A stretch of DNA of 64,000 bases, taken from the NCBI GenBank assembly GCA_043228905.1, contig JBHGNT010000006.1:11532001-11596000 (forward strand). The letters run 5' to 3'. Below, piece by piece: positions 13,832 to 25,447 of the stretch (within the stretch, counting starts at the first letter, position 1; every line of letters starts with the position of its first letter). Source of the DNA: Azolla caroliniana. Taxonomy: Eukaryota; Plantae; Polypodiophyta. The notes below the pieces were generated by a model. That model had not been told where the DNA came from and ran no database searches. It saw only the letters and a program-made list of their open reading frames with translations. Made by a program: the position numbers and the translations under genes.

Positions 13832-14845
13832 ACGCTCACGCACGAAGTGGTAGTGCACTTCTATGTGCTTTGTGTGAGCATGGGATATGGGGTTCTTGGC
13901 GAGCTGCATGCTGCTTATGTTGTCGCAGTAGATCACGATCGGGGTCGGCACCTTGATTCGTAGGTCTTGCAACTATCGCCGAAGCCAAATGGCTTCACAG
14001 GTGGCAACAATAGCGCCCCAGTATTCAACCTTAGTGCTTGAAAGGGCCACTGTTGGCTGCTTTTTGCTGCTCCACGCAACAGCCGCGCTACCAAGGGAAA
14101 ACATATAGCCGGAGGTGGATCGGCGATCCGATGCATCGCCGGCCCATTCGGCATCGATGTAGCCGACTAGCTCTTCGGTTATACCATGCCGGTATAATAG
14201 TCCCCAGTCCTTCATGCTGCTCACATATCACAAAATTCGATGCGAGCACAGAAGGTGCTCCATGGTCAGCTTCTGCATGTATTGGCTGATCATGCCATTC
14301 AGATAACTGATGTTGGGTCGTGTGATTGTCAAATATATGAGGCTTCCGACGATCTATCAGAACTGCTTCTCATCGCAGGTCGGTCCGGAGTCGGGACAGA
14401 GCTTCTGGTTCCGGTCCAGGGGTGTGGAGATCGTTCGGCATTCCTTCATGCCGAACTTGTACAACATACTCAACACATAGTGTCTTTGTGAGAGCAATAT
14501 GCCGTCGGGGATTCGGATCACCTCGATCCCCAGGAAATAGTGAAGGTCCCCCAGGTCCTTCATCTCAAATGCGTCCGACAATTGGGACTTGACTTGGCTG
14601 ATTTCATCGAGGCCGGGTCCGGTGATGACTAGATCATCAACATACAGCAAGATGCAAACTGGACCGTCCGGACCTTGCCGAATGAACAACGAAGAGTCGG
14701 ACTTGGAGGCAGCAAACCCCATCTTAGGCAACCGATGCGTGATCTTTGCATTCCAAGCTTAGGGGGTTTGCTTCAGGCCATAAAGTGACTTCTTCAGTCG
14801 GCATACCGCCGACTTGTTCATCTCCGTCTAGAAACCAGGGGGTTG
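13832..14845 (-). pseudogene. Ty1/copia RT-RNaseH fragment (copia A, part 1)
   Basis: LLYVDDLVI, RRSTSGY, SSKKQPTVALSS and KHIEVHYHFVRE motifs. Confidence 0.92.
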
Positions 14846-15310
14846 GGCGCGGTTCAGCAACGAGGACGGCATGGTTTCAGATAACGAGGAAGTCGGCATG
14901 GACTTCTTCTGTCAGGAATAGTACTAAGACAGAGAAGGAATTAGTACTAAAAGAAATATTAGTACTAAGAGAGGTGAAGAACTCTCGAGAGAAGGAAAAA
15001 GTGAGTGAGAGGGAGGGAGAGAGAGATCGAGAGATCGAGAGAGAGTGATGATAAGAAAAGATATATATTATGTGAAGAAAATGTACAGTAGCTAGGAGGC
15101 TTAAGACTGGCGTTGAACCGATTTGGTTCGAAATAATGCCTTGTGCCTCCTTTTATAGCGTTCTAAGGAATGCTCCTGAAGTTTCTAGAATGTTCCAAAG
15201 AAATTTGGAATATACATCAATTTTCTATAATAAAACATAAATGAAAATAATATTCTATGTATTACAATGTATAGTCTAATGGTCGAGAGCTCGACCCATG
15301 TAGTATAAGG

Positions 15311-18300
15311 TCATCGGTTTGTCTGGATATTGACGATGGAAGTCTTCAAGAAAAGCACGAGCATTGGTGACATTCTCTATCGGTTCCCAAGTACGCTCGC
15401 TGGGACTATATCCTAGCCAATCGACTAGATAGTAGAGCTTGTTGCGAACAAGCTTGGAATCAAGGATGGCGGCCACCTCGTACTCAGGTCCATCTTCAAG
15501 CTCGATCGGGGGTGGAGGCTGTGTAATACGTCTTGGGAGGTGCTTTCTTGATAGGGTTCGAGGAGAGAACTATGAAACACCGGATGTATCCGGAGTTGTG
15601 GAGGTAGATCAAGACGAAAAGCGACATCATTAATCTTTCCGATAATACAGAAAGGACCTAATCGCCGATAATCCAACTTCTCGCATGGGCGAGTAGTCTT
15701 GATGTGTCGTCGGAGTAGCCATACCCGATGTCCAATGTTAAAACTAGATGGGAGTCGATGATGATCCGCATAAACCTTGTGTGTTTGTTGAGCTTGTTGG
15801 AGATGAGTAGATAAATCCGCTTGTATCTTGCGTAACCTCTCCAAACGATCCTCTGCGCAAGGATTTGTGGACACCTATGGGGTTTCAAGTACACACCACC
15901 GGGGGTGACATCCCGTATAAGCATAAAATGGCGTAACTTTCGTGGATGCGTGGATAGAGTTGTTATAGGCAAATTTGGCGAAGTGGAGAATATCTGCCCA
16001 GTCAACCTGATGATAGCTGAGAAAGCACCGCAGATAGTGCTCCAACGTTTGATTGGTTCGTTCGGCTTGGCCGTTGGTTTGTGGGTGGTAGCCGGAGGAG
16101 AGGTTACACGTGACCTTGAGCATGTTAAAAAGGTGCTTCCAGAATTTTGACACGAACTGGGGCCCACGGTCGCTGATGATACTATCGAGAAGTCCATGAT
16201 GCCGACATACTTCACGCATGACAATTTTGGCAGTGTCTTCACTGGAGATCTCCTTCGTACATGGCAAGAAATGAGTCATCTTCGTATATCGATCGACCAC
16301 CATTAGAATCACATTGAACCCCTTAGAGACTGGAAGATCTGTGATAAAGTCTAGAGCAATGGATTGCCACGGCTTGCTTGGAATTGGTAATGGTTCTAAT
16401 AAACCATATGGATGATGCCTTGGCATTTTCGCTCTGCAGCATGTATCACAAGTCCGAACAAAATCCTTGACAAATTGTCGCATACAGGGCCACCAGAATG
16501 ATCGTTGTAATAAATGTAGTGTTTTAGTACTACCAAAATGCCCAGCTGTATATGTGTCATGACAGTTTTGTACAACTTGAAGGCGGCAAGAACCATTAGG
16601 AACATACAAAAGTTCTTTAAAGAAGAGTAATCCATCATGATATTTGAATTGCCGATAGTCCGTACCTGGTGGTTGTGACTGTGAACACGACGCTCGAGAG
16701 GGATCAATTTGTGCTAGTATAACTTGGGCGAACGCATCTGTCTTCAAGTCTTCGCATATGGTATCGATAACGCGGTAATCCATGGGCATGTCAAAGATCT
16801 TTGTTGCTTGTAGTCGTGCCGGTCCCAAGATGACTTGTTTTTGGTTATTGAAAGCTGGCTCGCCGGGACGGGGTGCTAGGTACGAACGCCGTGATAATGC
16901 ATCGGCCTTCCCTTGGTGCTTCCCCGGACGATATGTAATTTTGAAGTCGAAACGCGTGAGGAAGTGGGCCCACCGAGCTTGACGTCGATTCAACACACGA
17001 GCATCCTGAAAGTAGGCAAGGTTCTTGTGGTCACTAAATACGGTGACCGGATGAGATCCCTCCAGAAAATGCCTCCATTGCATAAAAGAATCCACTATTG
17101 CCAATAGCTCCTTATCATGAATTTCGTAGTTGATTTCGGCGGCGTCAAACTTGCGTGAGTGAAAAGCCACAGGATGTAGCTTCTCATCATTCCCCTGTTG
17201 TGACAGAATGCTCCCCAATGCAAAATCCGATGCGTCAGCTTCGATAATCAATGGTTTTTCCAGATCGACATGAGCTAGAATTGGAGTCGATGTAAATGCC
17301 TTTTTAAGACTCTCGAAAGCCACGTCCGTTTCTTCAGACCAAATGAACGGTTGTCCCTTCCTGGTAAGTTGTGTGAGAGGTAGAATGATCTTTGAGTAAT
17401 CTTGTATGAACTTCCGGTAAAAATTTGCAAAGCCTAGGAAGCATTGCACATCCCGCACCGAACGTGGAGTCTGCCATTCTACCACCGTTTTGACCTTAGT
17501 TGGGTCCATGGAGATGCCTTCTGACGAAATGATGTAGCCGAGAAATTCCACTTGGTTGCACCCAAAACTACATTTTTCCAGCTTTGCATACAGACCATGT
17601 TCTCGAAGTCGTTTTAGTACTAATAGTACATGAGAATCATGTTCTTCTTGGGGCTTTGAATAAACCAGTAGATCATCCAAATAGATGATCAAACAATCAT
17701 CCAATAGATCTCGGAATATATCATTAGCCATGTGCTGGAAGACTGCCGGTGCATTAGTTAGGCCGAACGGCATGACCGTATACTCAAAGTGCCCATATCT
17801 GGTGCGAAACGCGGTCTTCCATTCGTCTCCTGGGCGGATCCGTACGAGGTTATATGATCCCCGTAAGTCGATCTTCGTGAAGAACCTGGCACCATTGATC
17901 CGTTCTAAAAGACTTGAGATAAGGGGAAGAGCATACCTATTCCTGATTGTAACTTTATTCAGGCCACGGTAATCTACAACAAGACAAAGCGATCCATCCT
18001 TTTTCTTGACGAAGAAAATGGGCACGCCGGCTAGAGATTTCGAATGTCGGATGAAACCATTTTCCAAATTCTCCTCTATATAGGCCCGAGGGACTTCCAA
18101 CTCGGTTGGTGACAAATTGTAGATTGGTCCCCATGGCGGCTCTTTTCCCGGTTGTAAATCGATGGGGCAATCGTACGGTCGATGATGAGGAAGTGTGTTG
18201 GCTTGTACTTTATCGAACACATCGGCGTAATGACGATACTTCTCGGGAAGTTGAACGGTGGATCCTTCTTTAGTGGTGCTGGAGGGGTTTACTGATATTG

Positions 18301-18742
18301 CAAAGAGGAACATTTCCTCGTGCCCTTCTTTACGCAACTGACGTAGCGAAATGGTTGCCATCTTCTGAGTTGACCCTTGGGTTTGTCGACACCGGATTTC
18401 TCTTGTTCTCCAATCTATGTCTGGGTTATGTAACTCGAACCATGGTAATCCTAAAACTATGGGATGTTCTGGGATACTAATAATATTAAATGATACTACA
18501 CATGCTAAGTTATCTAGGACAATATTAATGGGCTCTGACTCTTCTATGATATTTCCGGAAGCAATGGGACGTCCATCAATGACTACTACAGAGGCTGGAC
18601 ACTGGAGTTTTCTTAGGGATATCTTATGAGCTTGAGCAAATTTCTTATCCATAAAGTAAGAGTTAGCTCCGGAATCTAGGAGTGCTAGGACATGTACTGG
18701 AGGGGTACTTTTAGTACTAACTATTACTTGGGCTACGAACAC
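15311..18742 (-). pseudogene. Chromovirus pol (PR-RT-RH-IN-chromodomain) with stop and frameshift near the C-terminus
   Basis: 955-aa ORF 15875-18742 plus continuation ORFs 15425-15874 and 15276-15476. Confidence 0.92.
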
Positions 18743-18831
18743 ATCACTAACTTGCTTAGAGGGAATGGAACCACTAATGGGCTACACAGATCTAGGGTTG
18801 ACCAACCAAACGACTCCTATTTTGGCTGGAC

Positions 18832-19982
18832 TTAGTCGTTTAACTCTTCTTCTAACTGACTAAGGACATCAAATCTGTTTGCTAGATCTGGGCTATTAGT
18901 ACTATTAGGACTATCAGATATCCCTACTGAAATAGGCTCGGGTTTAGTACAATTAGAACTAGCGACTATTTGGTTTACCTGTCTTCTTGGCCTATGGGGG
19001 CAATTTATTGCAATATGTCCTGGTCCACTGCAGTAAAGACATAGTCGATTTGTACGGCATTGCTGCTTTTCTTCTTCGGATAATGGCCCTCGACGACGTG
19101 TAGTGTCAATCTCCATCGGAGTCGGAGTATTCGCTGGAGGCGCATTATATGACTCCCTCGGAAAAGGTCTTGCTACCACTGAGGCATAGGTGGGCTCTGA
19201 TCTTGCCCTCGGCATCTGTAGTTGTTGTTCCGAACGTTGCTCAAAGAGACGGTTATCACATCTCACCGCACGACTGATTGCTTCTGTTAAGGACTTTGGC
19301 TCTTTGGGGAAGGTCAAGAGTAAATCCTTGACGTCGTTGCGTAAACCATAACAGAATTGCTCCATCAACGCTTGATCATCCCAAGGGATATCAGCGGCGA
19401 GTAGGCGAAAATCTGCAACATATGTGGAGGCTGGACGGTCACCTTAGCGTAATCGCCGAATTTTGTTGATTGCGGTCTTGATGCTGTCAGTATCTCCAAA
19501 ACATGCTTTAAACTCACCTAGAAACTCTTCAAAATTGTTGAGTAACGGGGATTCCTTTTCTAATAGTGGAGCGAACCATGCCAACGCTGAGCCACTTAAC
19601 AAAGTGCCTACTAAACCCACTCGTGATGCATCGGTGGGATGCCGGGAAGGATGCATTTGAATAACTAATCGTACCTGGTTAAGGAATCCTCTAAACTGCG
19701 ATCGCGTTCCATTGAACTTCGTGGGAAGGCCAATCTTGGGTCTTTATGAATCCCTTGTGTTCCGGGCCCTTGTTGTTGCATAACTACGGTGGTTGCTTCG
19801 AGTTGTTGCACACGTAACGCAAGTTCCCCATGTTGTTGTTGCGTTTGCTGCTTTTCTAAGGAGATTTGCTGAAGATCCCCTAGCAACCGTTGGTTTTCTT
19901 GTTCCAAAGCATGGAACTTCTCTTTCAAGCATTGAAATTCCGAGAAAACAGATTGATATTCTTCAACGCTAACAGTGGCCAT
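18832..19982 (-). pseudogene. Chromovirus gag (coiled-coil N-terminus, retrotransposon gag core, zinc knuckle), disrupted
   Basis: LLSGSALAWF, PTPMEID and CLYCSGPGHIAINCP in three ORF pieces. Confidence 0.88.
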
Positions 19983-20056
19983 GGGATGAAAGAAAAGAGG
20001 AATAAGAGATTAGTAGGAAATGAAAGAGACAGAAGGTAGGAAAAATCGGTTCAAAC

Positions 20057-20490
20057 TGTCAGGAATAGTACTAAGATAGAGAAGGAATTAGTACTAAAAG
20101 AAGTATTAGTACTAAGAGAGGTGAAGAACTCTCGAGAGAAGGAAAGAGTGAGTGAGAGGGAGGGAGAGAGAGATCGAGAGAGAGAGAGAGAGAGTGATGA
20201 TAAGAAAAGATATATATTATGTGAAGAAAATGTACAATAGCTAGGAGGCTTAAGACTAGCGTTGAACCGATTTGGTTCAAAATAATGCCTTGTGCCTCCT
20301 TTTATAGTGTTCTAAGGAATACTCCTGAAGTTTCTAGAATGTTCCAGAGAAATTTGGAATATACATCAATTTTCTATAATAAAACATAAATGAAAATAAT
20401 ATTCAATGTATTACAATGTATAGTCTAATGGTCGAGAGCTCGACCCATGTAGTATAAGGTCATGGGTTCGAGTCTTGCCATATCATGACA
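20057..20490 (-). repeat. 5' LTR of chromovirus
   Basis: TGTCA...TGACA ends; repeat of 14910-15314; TATAAAA on the minus strand at 20300-20306. Confidence 0.92.
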
Positions 20491-21040
20491 TCTTCAAGGC
20501 GGCTTACGTAACAACAAGAAAGGGGAGCACTCCGGCGCTTAACGGATTCGACGAGAGCAAGTACGACAGGGAGTGGCTCCAGATCGGCGGGTTCCTAAAG
20601 ACAATGACACCGGACGTGGCGTGGACGAAGGAAGAGACCAACCGGATTCGGAAGAAAGCGTACTGATTCTTCCTATGGGACGGGAGCATATGGAAGCACC
20701 CGAAGAAGAGAAACAACATCCCGCTCCGAGCGGTGGTGAAGAAAGAGGAACAGGAGGAATTGCTGACGGCAAACTATAAGAGTCCTTGGGCCAGACACCG
20801 CGGGACGTGGGCCACATTCGAGAAGTTAAAGGGGAAGTACTAGTAGCTGGGGCTATACCGGCGTGCATCGGTTCATGACGACTTGCGAAAGCTGTCAGGT
20901 GCACTCCATAGTCCGACATCGGGACGAGCTTCACCCGACCTACCCTCCGTCCCTCCACTTCAAATGGATGGTGGATCTGGTGACGATGCCGATGGGGGGT
21001 ATGGCAGATGCGATATCTGGTGCTGGCTCAGGAAGACCTG

Positions 21041-23285
21041 ATGCATCGTCGACTCGGGAAGACTTTTGTTCATCTCGATCTAGAAACCGGGGGGTTGTAT
21101 CATAAAGACCTCTTCTTCAAGATCTCCTTGAAGAAATGCATTCTTCACATCCATCTGGTGAAGATGCCACCCCCTTGCCGCAGCAACCGTCAGCACCACA
21201 CGAACCGTCGTCATCTTCGCTACTGGAGCGAAGGTCTCGTTGTAGTTAATTCCGTGGGTCTGCGTGTATCCCTTCGCCACTAACCAGGCCTTGTATGGTT
21301 AACTGAACCGTCGGTGTTGTACTTTACCTTGTACACCCACTTGCATCCGATCGGTTTACTATGACGGGGAGGGTCAACCAGGTCCCATGTATCGTTGGCA
21401 TCAAGTGCCCACATTTCTTCCTCCATAGCGACACGCCAATTCGCGTCCTTTGCCGCTTCTGAGTAGCTCTCTGGCTCACACACTTCCGCCACCTTGGTCA
21501 TGTACGCATAGTGATGCGCCATGTACTTATTGTACCCGTACCGCTTCACGAGGTTCTTCTGGTGGGAAGACCGGCATAACTTATCATTACCCGATTTGAG
21601 GCCCTTCTTGGCCGGTTCAGTCTTTGCTGTCGAAGATCCACCTTCATCCTTTCCGAAGTCAGATTCGCTTCAATCCGACTCAATGTTGCCGGTTTCATAT
21701 TCCGGCATCTTCTTCTTCCCCTTCTCTTTGCGCGTGAACCGTCTCCTCGGTTCCTTGCGCGGGGAGAGCATGACAGAGTCTTCACTACTCGTCGGTTCCT
21801 CATCGGACTGGTCGGATGACCCAGTCTCTCGTTCGGCGCACTCGACCGAAACAATTCCAGACTCTCTTCTTGAGTCCCGGATTCATCATCTTCTAACTGG
21901 GCCGGTTCAAGCTCACTAGCCTCATCCTCCAATATCGGGTCGGGGTCAGAAGTCGGAACTGGTAAGGCATACCACGATGCCGTCTCATCAAACTCAACAT
22001 TGCGGCTAACTCGGACTTGCTTCGTCCGGGGGTTATAACACTTATACCCCTTTTGCTCATGTGAGTAGTCGACGAGGATGCACTTCTCTGATTTTGCATC
22101 CAGCTTCCTCCGCTTCTCATCCGGCACGTGCACATATGCTATGCTGCCAAAAATCCGAAGGTGTCTCAAATTCGGCTTGCATCCGAAATACAGATCGTGC
22201 GCGGACACCTTGTCACCGATCCGGTTTTGGATGTAGACGGCCGTCCGGACCGCCTCCGCCCAGTAGAAATGGGGCATGCTCTTCTCTTCTAACATTTTCC
22301 TTGTCGCGTCGACAAGCAACCGGTTCTTCCTTTCAGCCACACCGTTTTGCTCCGGTGTGTATCTGCAGCTGAACTCTCTCCGAATTCCTGTTTGCTGCAG
22401 ATAACTGTTGAATTGGCCGGAAAAGTATTCTTTTCTGCCATCTGACCGCAGGCACTTGATCTTCCTCCCTGATTCCCGTTCCACCATGCTCTAGAGGTTC
22501 CGGAAACAGTTGAAGACTTCGCTCTTCCGCTCAATGAGGTAGATCCATGTGTGCCGGCTATAGTCGTCGATGAAGGAGACGAAGTATCGACTCCCGCCAA
22601 GACTCATGTTCTGTGCCGGTCCCCATACATCCGAATGAATAAGATCGAGCTTGTTACGGCTACGGATTTGTTCGGCGGGGAATGGAAGCCGGTGTTGCTT
22701 CCCGAGTTGGCAGGCTTCACATACTTGGCCTTCCGGCCACTAAACTTCGGCAAACCGAAAACAACTTGTTTCGTTTGCAAGTCTTGAAGCCGCCGGTAAT
22801 TGAGGTGGCCGATCCACTTGTGCCACAGGTCGAGGTCCGATTCGACCTTTTGTCCTTTGGCGAACAAAGCGGTGTCGACGTCATTAGTGTCGAGGATGAA
22901 CATCCTCCCATCTCTGTGCCCTTGCGCAATAATCTGGCCCTCCTCCTCGATGAAGCACCCGAGGTGCGTAAACCGCACCTGCATTCCCTGGTTGATGATC
23001 TTTCCGACCAACACCAGGCTCTTCGTGATAGTTGAAACGTGTAATACGTTCATCAGCTTCCCCCTCTGTCCAACGTGGCTTAGGGGAATTTCTCCGACAT
23101 GCACAATTGGGTGAGGAGTGTCGTCTCCGGTTTCGACAACTCCAGGTTGTTCCGGTTTCTCCAATAAGGAGAACCACTCTTTGTGGTTCGTCATGTGATT
23201 TGATGCACCAGAATCAACGTACCACACTTCCTCCGATTTGGAAGTGGTCTTCTTCATCGAGTTAGCCTCATGTTTCATCACGAAG
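21041..23285 (-). pseudogene. Copia A part 2 (RT N-terminus, integrase, GAG-pre-integrase, protease)
   Basis: [27 protein letters not shown] and WYVDSGASNHMT; same family as 54990-59053. Confidence 0.92.
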
Positions 23286-23294
23286 GTTTGTGCG

Positions 23295-23725
23295 TGTGTT
23301 TGTGTCTTCCTTGTATGTTTGGCCGTCTTGTGACGAGGGACCGTTTCGGGCTTGCCCATGCACCTCTCCTCCTCATACAGGCATATGAGCATTTTGTGTG
23401 TGTGTTTGTGTCTTCCTTGTACGTTCGATCGTCTCGTGACGAGGGAGCGTTCAGGCTTGCCCATGCACCTGTCCTCCTCATAAAGGCGTACGAGCATTTG
23501 TGTGTGTGTGGTTGTGTCTTCCTTGTACGTTCGGCCGTCTTGTGACGAGGGAGCGTTTTGGGCGTGCCCATGCACCTCTCCTCCTCATAAAGGTGTACGA
23601 GCATTTGTGCATGGTTTTTGTGTCTTCCTCGTACGTTCGATGTCTTGTGACGAGGGAGCATTCGGGCGTGCCCATGCACCTCTCCTCCTCATAAAGACGT
23701 ACGGGCATTCGTGTTTGTGTTATCG
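23295..23725. repeat. 106-bp tandem repeat, about 4 copies
   Basis: TGTGTCTTCC recurs at 23301, 23407, 23513 and 23619 with conserved intervening sequence. Confidence 0.92.
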
Positions 23726-25194
23726 TCCCCTTGTGCGTTCATCTTGCTTGTACCCGTTTGGTCACTTGGCTCGTGCGTTGTGATAAGAACACACGCTCCC
23801 GATGAACAACGCTCGGCCACGGAGCTTAGAATAAAAAACACAGAAAAACGGGAATGAATGCACGACACAGAGGAGAGAAGAGTACACAGGATGTTTAACG
23901 TGGAAAACCTTGAGAGGGAAAAAAAGCCACGGGAGTCCAGAGACTCCAAACTATCACTATATCACAATGATTATAACAGTGAGTTCACGGAGGCAACGAC
24001 CTCGTGCTCACGATCTTCGCCACAGGCGGCGGTTACAACAGAGGCAACGCCCTCTTTCTCTCTCTCTCTCTCTCTGTACACTGTTACGCGCTCTCTCTTC
24101 TTGCACCAACAAGAATGACAACTCTTTCTGAGTTTGCCCTAAGTCATATTTATACTAATATGACTTTTCGGCTATTTACAAATATAGCCCCGATGGACTC
24201 TCAGAAACATATTTACGAATATGTCCCTTCATCCGGTGAGCACTCCTCACCGGGCCTGCATCATCTGGCGTTTGCCGGGCACACTTCATCCGGTTCTCAC
24301 CGGGTCTTCCGCTTGCCGGGTACACCACATCCGGTTCTCACCGGGTCTTCCGTTTCCGGGTACACCTCATCCGGTTCTCACCGAGTCTTCCCATCCGGAG
24401 GGGCCCTGTTTCCTAACAAACTCCCCCCTCACTCCGGCATGGGATGTCTTGCTAGTTCGATCCGCTTCCGACATGCATCTAGCTTGTCAGGTATCAGCAC
24501 TTTGGTCAGCATATCTGACCCGTTCTCGGCCGTGTGGATCTTCGTCAACGCGAACTCCTAGTCATCTACTCTCTCCCGGATCCAGTGATACCTTTGTAGG
24601 ATATGCTTTGTTCGGGAATGGTAGGCCGCATTCTTAGCAAGGTGGATGGCACTTTGACTGTCGCAATAGAGCCGGTATTCATCTTGCCGGATACCGAGCT
24701 CTTCGATGAAGTCCTTCATCCATATTATTTCCTTGTCGGCTTCCACAACCACCATGTACTCCGCTTCCGTGGTTGACAACGCAATCGTCTTCTGCAGCGT
24801 CGACTACCACGAAACAGCTCCCCCTGCATATATCATTACATACCCGGATGTAGACCGGTTGGTATCCACATCAGCCGACATGTCCGAATTGTTAAGAAAA
24901 CGTGAAGAAGCCACTCGGGCTCTTCTTATGTGCGCGGCGGATCGTGGTGTGCTGGATCGTTTTGTGCTCAACCACAGAAGGGAAGGGGGAAGGAGACTTA
25001 CCTCTGTAGCAGCCAAACCTTCTTCTATTTCATTACACGTGGAGCTCTACTTGCTCTCGTCTGTTTCTCTCTTTTGCTCTCACTCTCTGAGTTCTTCCTC
25101 TCTTTCCTCACTCTCTCTCGCAGAGTTCTACTTCCTGTATTTTTTCCTTACTTACCTACTGTCTTACTTTTTACCTAAGTAATAAGTTACTTAC

Positions 25195-25345
25195 GTATGC
25201 AGCTAATTAGCTGCATGTAGCTAAATAGCTGTCAGTCGCTAAATAGCTGTCAGTAGCTAATTAGCTGTCAATCGCTAAATAGCTGTTAGTAGCTAATTAG
25301 CTGTCAGTCGCTAATTAGTTGTAAGTCGCTAATTAGCTGTTTCTC
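25195..25345. repeat. ~17-bp tandem repeats (GCTAATTAGCTGTCAGT) in copia E LTRs (also 29005-29130)
   Basis: Seen directly; copy number differs between the two LTRs. Confidence 0.88.
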
Positions 25346-25447
25346 CTTTATGTTCACAAGTAGCTAAATAACTACTATAACTTATTTCCCAATAAGCATC
25401 ACATACCATGTTGAGCTTGCTTCTCAACACTCCCCCTCAAGCTCAAC

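Larger units (their letters stand above)
14910..20490 (-). mobile_element. Chromovirus (Tcn1/Tf1-like) LTR retrotransposon, degenerate
   Basis: LTRs 14910-15314 (truncated) and 20057-20490. 5-bp TSD TCTTC. Gag with CCHC, PR LLDSGA, RT YLDD, RH, IN and a C-terminal chromodomain (YEV..ILD..YYLVDWLGY...TWEP). Confidence 0.93.
14846..21040 (+). pseudogene. LTR-less gypsy pol fragment (RNaseH end to integrase start; 14846-14909 plus 20491-21040), hosting the chromovirus
   Basis: ARF..GMVS..EEVGMDFF|KAAYV continues across the chromovirus TSD; homologous to 46360-46970. Confidence 0.85.

Noticed and set aside
22604-23575. 323-aa ORF fusing repeat-encoded peptide to copia protease
   Set aside because: Chance read-through across a microhomology deletion junction.
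23295-23725. CRISPR-like appearance of the 106-bp repeats and of the terminal array
   Set aside because: Whole units repeat with no unique spacers, there are no cas genes, and the context is eukaryotic.
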